From Epiperipatus broadwayi (taxonomy: Eukaryota > Animalia > Onychophora): a stretch of DNA of 64,000 nucleotides. Shown here in pieces: positions 54,282-64,000 of the stretch (positions within the stretch are counted from its first letter, which is position 1; every line of letters starts with the position of its first letter). Below the pieces are notes generated by a model. It worked only from the letters and a program-made list of their open reading frames with translations. It ran no database searches and was not told the origin of the DNA. Location of the stretch: contig JAQFVV010000001.1 of NCBI GenBank assembly GCA_028023455.1, positions 7,502,001 to 7,566,000 of the forward strand, in the 5' to 3' direction. The position numbers and the translations under genes were made by a program.

Positions 54282-54447
54282 AGTAAATCTAAGAAAAGTC
54301 ACAAAGTCTTCATGAAGATAATAACTTCCAGTATCGACATCCATTAAACTAGCTTAAAATCCATAGTAAATCTAAGAAAAGTCACAAAGTCTTCATGAAG
54401 ATAATAACTTCCAGTATCGACATCCATTAAACTAGCTTAAAATCCAT
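54282..54447. repeat. Perfect 83-bp tandem duplication
   Basis: agtaaatctaagaaaagtcac...cttaaaatccat x2. Confidence 0.95.
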
Positions 54448-54479
54448 AAGCAAAATATTATTAGATGAATTTAATTTGC

Positions 54480-57400
54480 GAAACCAATAAATAGTTAGTA
54501 ATCAGGTCTATAAAATGAATATGGAATTTGAATTAGGATGTAGCCGACTAAATGGACGATGAAAACAAATAATAATTAAATAATAAAAATAAACGAGCTT
54601 AAGAGTGAGGAAAAGAAAAAGTTTTAGGGTAATGAATGATTAAGATGATAGAATAGGAGCCAATGTAGAACAAATCAATTATAATAATGAATTAAGATAA
54701 AATGAGGATGAAGAAATAAAAGAAAGATCCAGATGAAATATGAGAACAATGTTGATGAAGAATGAAATCCTGAACTATAAAACTAATATTGTGTTAAATG
54801 AAAGGAAGATTACATAAAACAAAGTATGGATTCTAAACTTGACTAAACCAGAATATTTAACCACGAAGATAAACTATAAGTTTTAAAAAACTAGAGAAGA
54901 AATTTACATCTTAAAGTTATACTGAATCAATAAAACTGTGAAGATAAACATAACTCAAATCAAAGCGTAATAAATAACTTTAGATATAAAAATTACCATA
55001 AATTCAAAATTACGACTGCTAACTAGTAATTTAATTTCTTAGGATTCAAATAACTTGAATATTACTATTTTGAAAGATACACTTGTCAATGCGAGGGATT
55101 TTGCCACTACCTAAACATAACAAAGACAGCACATAAAACAAAATAGAATTAATAAAGAATATTTGGTAATCCCAATACTAACAGTAAAATGAACTTTAAG
55201 CTTTACAAAGTACAAATACATTCTTAATAAAGCAAACACAAGAACTTACAAACTCTCTTTTATTAAATAACTATGGTTGTTTTCTATTCCCTGGTGTCAG
55301 CCGCATGACGGCACTATTTCTAGGTCAATTCCTAGAAATATACCGTTTCAGTGGCCTATACCAACCTAAGAGGCTTCTTTCTATGATAAAACACAAAAAG
55401 AGTGCTCGCGGCAGCCTCACCCAACCTAAGAGGCTTCTTTCTACGATAAAAAACAGAAAGAGTTCCCACTGGTCTGGCTTTTTTCTATGCTAAAAGCCCA
55501 GACAAATGCCTTTATTAGCTGTTGTAGTTGGTTGTGTTATTAATTTTACCATAATGCTAGCATGTCTATTTTCTCTATAATTTGGTGTGAGTGTGTGGAT
55601 TTTAGTCTGTCGTAATTATTTAAAATTTCATTACAAAGGTATTTTTTTTCAAGTGCTCTAACCTACTGTTACGTTGTAACTTTATTAACAATGTCCTGAA
55701 GGTTCCATTACGAATGGGTAACCCTCAAAAATTGCTTTTAAGGGTGCGGAACGGCAGTATTTGGAGGACCACATGAAAAATAACGTTTTCATGAGAATTT
55801 GTCCGTGACAAGTTACTTTTGATATATATACACACAAACAAAAACAACCCAGTGTCTGATTATTAGTAATTTCTTGTCCAAAAAAAGAAAATTAGTCAGG
55901 TATTATTTTTTTTACATTTACTATTTAAAAATAAGATTAGTTTTTATATCTACACATGTAACAAAAACAACCCAGTTTCTGATTAATTACTGTCCAAAAA
56001 AAAAAAAAAGAAAGCAAATTAGTCGGGGTTTGATTTTTAAATGTAGTATTTGAATTACGGTAATTTTTATATATACTGTACACAAGATTTACAAAAAAAA
56101 AACAACCCCACTTTCTGATTAATTACTGTCCAAAAGAAATGCAAATTATCGGCTATCATTTTTAAATTTAGTATTTAAATAACGGTACCTTTTTATATAG
56201 ACACACTAACAAAAAAAACCCACTTTCTGATTCACTACTGTCCAAAAAAAAAAAAAAAGAAAGCAAATTAGTCGGGTATCATTTTTCAATTGAGTCTTTC
56301 AATGATGGTCCTTTTTAGATATACACATTAACAAAAAGAACCCCACTTTCTGATTAATTACTGTACCAAAAAAAAAAAGCAAATTAGTTGGGTATCATTT
56401 TAAAATTGTAGTGTGAATTTTTTAAATGTTGTGGGTAAATTGAATAATGTAAAATTGTGTATTATTTTCAATTGAAAAAAAGATCGTAACTTTTTATATA
56501 TATACACATACAAAGAAAATAAAACCCACTTTCTGATTAATTACTGTTAATACCCAAAAAAAAGTTATTCGCGGGTATCATTTTTAAATTTAGTATTTCA
56601 ATAATATTACGGCTTTTGATAAAATCTACACACTAATAAAAACAATCCACTTTCTGATTCATTACTGTCCAAAAAAAAAAAAATGCAACATATTTGGGTA
56701 TCATTTTGAAATGTATTTAAAGAATGGTACTTTTTATATATACACCCACTAACAAAAAAAATCCACTTTCTGATTAATTACTGTCCAAAAACAAAAACAA
56801 AAAAAAAGCAAATTAGTCGGGTATCATTTGTAAATTTAGCATGAATGTAGCAATTTTGTGTAAATTGGAAAAAAAATAGAGTATAATTGCGTCTTATTTT
56901 CGATTAAAAAAATCCCGTAACTTTTGACAGATACACACAAGCAAAAACAACCTATTTTATGATTAAGAATTACTGTCCAAAAAACGTCAATTATTCGGGT
57001 ATCATTTTTAAATTTAATGTGAATTGCTAAATTTTTTTTAAATAGTATTATTATTTACTATTAGTTCCTCTAATTTGCTATTACAAAACTAAAAAAGCCG
57101 ATATTTATATAGATAGAATCACAGGCCCGGCCCGAAATTGTAATATGTATGTGTTTTTGATTAGCATCAATGCCATCACACGGCTGGCACGAGGAAATAG
57201 AAAACAACCATAACTACGGACAATATGATCAAGATCAGTGAATGATGTATCTAATGATTCAGATAACAGGTTATTCCAAAAGCTAAATATTCCATCTTTA
57301 AAATATTATCAAAAAAATAATACATATACTTAAGATCAACAATGTTCTGATTAATAAGCCATAAATTCTAAATGTACTTTAAATGTAAGAACTTACCAAA

Positions 57401-59400
57401 ATCTTGTGACATGTTAATGTATAATAAAATCTACTGTATTGATTGATGATGATTAGCAATAAGACCTCATACAACTAAATATATTTTTCAAACAAGATTA
57501 CAATTTTAAACAATAATAATAAAAAACCAAAAACTTATATATTTCAGAAACAACATAAAACAAGGTTACAGTTATATTCCCTTTAGATTTATTAACAATT
57601 TTGATACACTGATATGTCTAGTAACTGTTATTCATAATATCCATTTATAGTATGCTATTGAGAGCATTAAAGTATAACTGAACTTACTAATAAATAATAT
57701 GATAATGACAATTATCATATGAAGCACAAATGACAATTATTATTTAGCATTCAGCTATCAATTATATGAATATAGGAACAGACACCAGAAATCAAATATA
57801 TACAGGATACTAAACTTTGCCCATGTCCACAGGATAATCATCTTAACTATTGAAATATCTTACCAATCCATTGGCGAACTACTATTTGATGGAAATGAAA
57901 TGACATTGCATGTGTGTATCTCTTATTATGATATACACAAGATAACTTTTAAAATTACTAAGAAATTTTGTTGGTTTGCTTGTAAACTGTAGACAAGGTA
58001 CCACAGCACAAAACATACATTATTTTCATTCAGCTAAACACTATAGATAAACAAGTGACACTGAAGCTAAATCTACCTTATCATTGCCATACAATTTTAA
58101 AACACCAAGAACTTCACCATACATGGTAGAAAATAACTAGACATTATCATGAGAGGATCAGACAATAAAGAAAGGCTCTTCAGAATAATATATAATTGTA
58201 TAACAATATGGCAGATTCTAATACCTTTTTCCTAGGTACAAAATATGTGGACATCTCAACACAAGGGAACGGAATGCTTACCATGAACAACAATCCTCCC
58301 TAGGGATTAAACTATACTAGCTAAGCATAAAATAATTATAAGCCTCAACAATATAATCCTCTCATGAAATAAGCAAAGGGAGAGAATACTCCATCTACCA
58401 ATGCATAATATCAATGATACAATATTTAATAAAATTATGTTTCTCACATTTATCAAATGGTAACAAGCATAAATCCTCATCACAATAATGGCAAGATAAA
58501 ATAATTCTTATATTAAAAGCTAAAAAGATAAATATCCTACCTCAAACAATGCATATGTTAGATAGTGCATGACACCAACAAAGATACTATAAGTGAAACG
58601 ACTATAAATTTTAAAAAAAAAAACAAAACAATAAAATTTGCAATAATAAGAAACACACACAATCAATGAAAAATAGCATAAATTTCATAAACTAAAGTGG
58701 ACATACTAAATTATAGACAAAATATGGTAAAAATATAAAATGAATGTATACCTGGTTATATGGAAAACTCCATATAATAAAATAATTGTTACCATAAGTA
58801 AATACTATTATGCTTCTGACAAATTATTCTGACTGTTTACCCATAGATAGAATGTCAATAAACAATTCTCATAAATGTAAGATGTGCATCTTTCTCTATC
58901 TAGACAAGCCTAATTTAATATTAACTTTAAACTAACCAGTAAAAAAAAAAAAATTGTATATAATTTTACCTTAATGTTTTCAGAGTAATTGCATATTTAT
59001 ATCATAAAAAAAATATATATATATACATATATATACGCGTTAATAGTATATCAAAACTAATATAAGCTAATAATAAACATGAACAATAATAAAAAATCAT
59101 TGTTATATTTTATTTTATTCCCATAGTCCATAATATAAATTCCTTCGCTATAAGTTGACTGACAAGGGAGAACGATGTCATTGTCTGATAGCAAAATATT
59201 TTACAAGACAATGCATCCATATTTTTCACATTTTATCCTGGTAAAGTAAAAACAAAATAAAACGCTCATCTAAGATTCATCTCCAACAACCATACCCTCT
59301 TTTGAATATTCAATCAAGATCTATAATCAAAATATTATTGCATAAAAATGAAATTCTTATGAAGTTCCTGCAGCGTGAGTATACATTTAATATAAAACAT
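54480..59400 (+). pseudogene. Possible highly decayed LINE (ORF1 knuckle + RT traces) split by the 55275-57209 element
   Basis: CQCEGFCH knuckle-like remnant at about 55085, and an RLFRIIYNC...IP-like RT remnant at about 58180. Confidence 0.3.
55275..57209 (-). mobile_element. Non-autonomous TIR DNA transposon (Merlin-type), copy 2, inverted
   Basis: TIRs ggttgttttctatt..., 8-bp TSD ataactat/ataactac, about 9 internal repeat units of about 120-135 bp. Reverse-complement homologue of copy 1. Confidence 0.85.
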
Positions 59401-60392
59401 ATTAATTAAGTACACACAAATATAAAATAATTCACAAGTCTACAAATTACATTAATAAAATCTGATAAAAAATAAGATATTAATTGAAAATGTACAAAGT
59501 GAAAATCATTGTCATGATTAAAATTAATCCAGAGAATAAGACCTACTAAAGATATACAAACCATTGTTTGGTTGACTTAGGACTATATATATACACAGGA
59601 TTCAAACAAAAAAAAAGCAAATAGATACATTGTAACTAATACATATATCTATATTATATTTTTCTTATGTATATTTTGTTACCTTACTGATATAAAACCA
59701 ATATTATATATGCTTGTTTTTCATATTGTATACACGTATAGTCTCTTTACTACTTAGAGCAAAAATGTTTATATTACTTTGGTGCATGTATTGTTTTTAT
59801 TCCTTGTGCTATTCCACTCTCTTTGCCTAGGATCACAGTGTATAACTATCAGGAATTTAGATAAAACATAGCAATTGGTACAATCAGAAAACTGTACCCC
59901 CTCCCAAGAGTTTTAGAATTTCAATCAGCAAGGAATCTGAAAATATAATAATATAAAAAATAGATTCAAATATCACATCAGAACAATGAGATGTCAGTGA
60001 ATTTAATATTAATAACCCAATGGAATGGAAAACTATGTAAAACATCTAAACAAATACTTTTTTATTGACTGCAGGTTCCAGGGTAAAAAAATAACAAATA
60101 GGTTTTGCAAACCTGATAAGCCGGAAACTTATGTTTTTTTAATCTTGTAACCTTCAAAATATATAAATAATCTACAATGCACAATAGATACCAAGAAAGA
60201 GGGGAGAGTTGCAAAGACTGCGACACAGTCTTTAAAGAAATAGAAAATATACATGTAGCAAATGTCTCAAAAAAGTTTTGTTACTGAGAATTATAGTTGA
60301 CTTAAACTTGTGGCACTAACTCTTGGCAATTTGTGACCTTTTGTACATTGAGGCCATTCAAAAAAAGCACTGCTCATGAATAAGTTATACAC

Positions 60393-63384
60393 TGTAGTGT
60401 TTGGACACAAAATAATTTAACCAGCCAATGATTACAAAAAAAAATGCACTTTATTATGTGTACAATAATAGGTACAAATGTTTATGAAAAATAATGACTT
60501 AATACACTAATGTAGCCACCAATACCAACTGGGAAACAGAAGCGCGACCTTTTGATAGCAAAAAACAACATGGCTGCCCTAAAATAGAAAAAGCAAGGAC
60601 ATCTTAGTCCCGTAGTCACTCACCAGCTGATGTCATGATCCAGAATAAACATTGTAGGCCACAAAACATAACACCCCTTCCATCTTAGTATGAGATGTTG
60701 TAGTCTTTGAAGTACATGGGTGAGCGTCGTAGACGCTGGAGTTGTTCTCTGTATGCTCTTGGAGTTTGAGCAGAGATGTGTATCACAAAGGTGTTGAACA
60801 ATCTGACTATTTCACTGCCGCACTGGATGGAGTTTGCGAAGTCAGTGGTACATGCTCTGCTGGGAGTATTATGGTTGAAGAAGTGTCTACTATTCTTAAC
60901 CACAACTGGTCGATGTGCCTATATGATAGCGGACCGGTACGATGCTCCACCATAGCAGGAATCCACAAAGAACTCTTCCCACCATTCGTGTGAACACTGT
61001 GTCATCCGGTTGAAATTAACGCACCTGATGTCTAGATAGTGATGGTTTTGGAGCTCTATCCAGATGAAGAAAATCTAGGCACATGCGAAGACGCCAATTG
61101 AAAAGCATCTCTGCCAAACTCAAACCCGTAGTTGTAGATGGCGTAATGTATTGGGCCAAAAGATATGCAATGCACTGCTCCCAATTTCCATGCCCAATAC
61201 ACCCCAGGCCCTCCTTGACAGATTGAACCACTCTCTCTGAAAGACCATTACTGGACAGATGATATGGCGCGACTCGTGCAATGTCGAATTCCATTACATT
61301 TGTTTAAAACCGAAAATTCTGAAGATAGGAACTGTGGCCCGTCACCTAAAACCACACATTCTGGTAACCCCCAAGTGGAGAGCAGCCCTCATAGCACTAT
61401 GACAGTCGAAGCTACAGTTGCTAAAAGCATTTTGTGCACTTTGACCCATTTAGAGTAGGCGTCCACGACAACTAGAAACATTTTCCCATCCATTAGAACT
61501 GAGAAATCCAGATGCAATCATGACCATGGTGTTGATAGCGGTTCCCAAGGGTGAATTAGAGCATGCAGGGATGCGTGTCACATGACACTGATCGCACTTG
61601 CTCACGAGATGTTCAATGTCTGATGACCACATGTATGACCTTGCCAAAGCTTTGGTCCTAACAATGCCTGAATGACCCAGATGTAGTTCATTAAGGACAA
61701 TTTGTTATAGAGATAAGGGAAAAATGATTACTGATCCCCAAAGTAAACAGTTTTTGTGTTAATAATTCATTATGCCTTATATAAAAACAGTTGGAGTTAT
61801 CGGTTTATCTGGCCATGCAGTAAGGACATCTCATTATCCTTGATAACAGGAAGTCTCTTCGTGCTGCATATGCCACTTGCTCTGTTGTGACAGGAGAAGC
61901 TTCCAGGTCCCAAGAAAAGAACACCATTCATGTTTGTTGGGTTGTATATTCAATTGACAGAAGTGGCAATCTGTTTAATGCATCTGCAAATTTTTTCCCC
62001 AGTCTATATTTTAATATGAAGGTATATGCATTGAGAATATGTGTACATCTTCGCATCCGTGGTGACAGGATCATTGGTGTCGGTTTGTCTGAAGTGAAAA
62101 TGCCGAGTAGAGGTCGATGATCTGTATGAACATCGAATTTTATTGCGAATCCGCAACCTTCTGTTATTTACTGATTCCTAATTCCATCAAGTCATTATTT
62201 TCTATAAACATTTGTACCTATTATGTGCGCATAATAAAGTGTATTTTGTTTTGTAAATGTTGGCTGGTTAAATTATTTCTGTGTCCAAACATTCACCAAC
62301 TTTTGGGGATGGCAATTTAAGTGTTGGCTCATCACAATGTATTTCATCAATGTGATCCACAATGTCATCCTTCATTTCCAACACTGCCATGCAATGACAA
62401 GGATTGTGAGCAGTACAAATGACCCGTTTTCTGCCAAAAAAAGCACTGAGTTTTCCTAAAAGGCATTCCATTCGATTGTGTTGTCTGCCATAGCACAAAA
62501 GAGCTGAAGAACCTGATTGGGAACACTCTTCCGAGATGATTTTGGTGTTTCACTGAACAAAATCAATGGTGGACACAGGAGCATTAATAGCACGGATTTC
62601 ATGCACTCGCACCAATGCTGATTCAGCAGCCAAATTATGCTGTACAGCAGCGTCTAAAGTTAATATCTTTTCTGCCAGCAATTTGCGTTGTATGGCTTCG
62701 TCACAAAGCCTGCACACAAATTGATCCTGAAGATATTCTGTGAGAGAGACCAAAATCACAGCTTTTCACCAAACATCGGCTGAGAATATTCTTTAGTCTC
62801 TCCATCTCACTGCCAATGATGATGGAATTGGAAAGCTGGTAAATAACAAGAGGTTGGGGATTGAAATACTGTTTTAGAATACTATTTCTTGATACGACTT
62901 GTGAGGTAATGCTGGTGATACTAGAGAATGAAGAATGCTCAATGTCCGTAAACCACAAGCAGCAACAAGCATTGCACGTTTCTTCTCGGAGGTAACATCA
63001 TTAGCCTAGCCGAAAAAATTGACTTGTGATATATACGTGTTCCACATATGCTGTGAGTCGACATCAAAGAACGTCAGGGAGCCAATCGTCGTCATCTTAT
63101 TCTCGTCACCAAAATAGTGTTTGGACACAGAAATAACTTATCCAGCCAACATTTACAAAACAAAATACACTTTATTATGCATACAATAATAGATACAAAT
63201 GTTTATGGAAAATAATGACTTAATACAATACTGTAGCCTCCGATACTAACTGGAAAAAAGCGTGATCTTTTGATAACAAAAAACATGGCTGCCCTAAAAA
63301 AACCCGAGGGCATCCTAATCCTGCAGTCACTCGCCAGCTGACATCACGACCCAAAATAAACGTCGTAGGACACAAAGCATAACA
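60393..63384 (-). mobile_element. Ty3/gypsy (Mag-like) LTR retrotransposon #4, RT and most of RNase H deleted
   Basis: LTRs 60393-60673 and about 63113-63384, TSD tacac/tatac, PBS tggtgacgaga (tRNA-Leu type) at 63101-63111, gag LQDQFVC..IQRKLLAE, knuckles, protease, RNase H end FADALNRLP, integrase (LHLGHSGIV, APYHLSSNGLSER), PPT 60674-60684. Confidence 0.92.
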
Positions 63385-63429
63385 TATACTAACTCTGATT
63401 TTATGAGTGATCTTTGGAATAATTTTTAC

Positions 63430-63560
63430 ATAATCTTTATCTTCTTAACTTGTAGATACACAGTATGCCGATGATTGTGTTATTCTTGCAAATTCAAAGG
63501 ATAATATATACAATACTCTTAATGTTTTGAACAAAAGCTTAGGTTAGTAATTAAACCTAT
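63430..63560 (+). pseudogene. RTE RT fragment (same family as 1300-4470)
   Basis: QYADDCVILANSKDNIYNTLNVLN, cf. QYADDGAIFVSSKDNLQNMLYVLN at about 3590. Confidence 0.7.
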
Positions 63561-64000
63561 TATATTTTGAAAAAAATATTGCTTTATTAACCATCATTTA
63601 TAAAAGTTATAAAGCTAAAATTTGTGACTCCAGAAAAAATAGAAAAGAATTAGAAACTTAAATATAGAACGGTATTCTAAGTTAAAAGCAATGAAAAAAG
63701 ATTGCTGATAGATAATAGAAATGTGAATAATAATGTCGGAAAGGCTCAATAGATTTAAGTATAGAAAAAGCTAGTATTGTTTAATTAGAGCATTAAGCTA
63801 TTTTAAACTAATTAAACAAAAGAATACAGAGGGTCAGTTTAATCAAGATTTGAAATACTAATTGCAGGTGAAAGGAATGAATACTGACACAATTAAAAGC
63901 TTGATGATAATTGATACAAAGATGTATTACTGGGGAGGGGGGGATAGCTGAATGTAAATAGTTATTTCCTTTTATAATAATTAATAACAGGATATTAAAC

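Noticed and set aside
55830-57010. Regular repeat array as CRISPR
   Set aside because: Units are wholly repeated with no unique spacers, there are no cas genes, and the context is eukaryotic TE-internal.
63930-64000. G-rich PPT-like run followed by possible LTR start
   Set aside because: Too close to the window edge, with no partner LTR or pol end visible.

Overview
AT-rich eukaryotic (invertebrate-like) genomic DNA. The backbone is the 5' part of a minus-strand HMMR (RHAMM) homologue: four coding exons at 50174-50076, 49991-49933, 14376-14308 and 640-452 join in frame, with introns of 84 bp, about 35.5 kb and about 13.7 kb. The long introns hold mostly decayed transposable elements. These are four Ty3/gypsy (Mag-like) LTR elements, several RTE-clade LINEs, four Penelope-like fragments (two with hammerhead-ribozyme-like motifs), Merlin and hAT transposase relics, two long Merlin-type non-autonomous elements in inverted orientation, and several MITEs and hairpins. 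Two CpG-retaining promoter-like islands (about 39.9-40.7 kb and 44.2-44.9 kb) lie inside HMMR intron 3 and may mark nested genes or alternative promoters. I found no rRNA, tRNA or CRISPR, and no convincing wholly new multi-gene system; the most interesting signals are regulatory and structural. All homology calls are by eye from remembered motifs, with no database searches. TE boundaries are approximate unless TSD, TIR or LTR ends are quoted.
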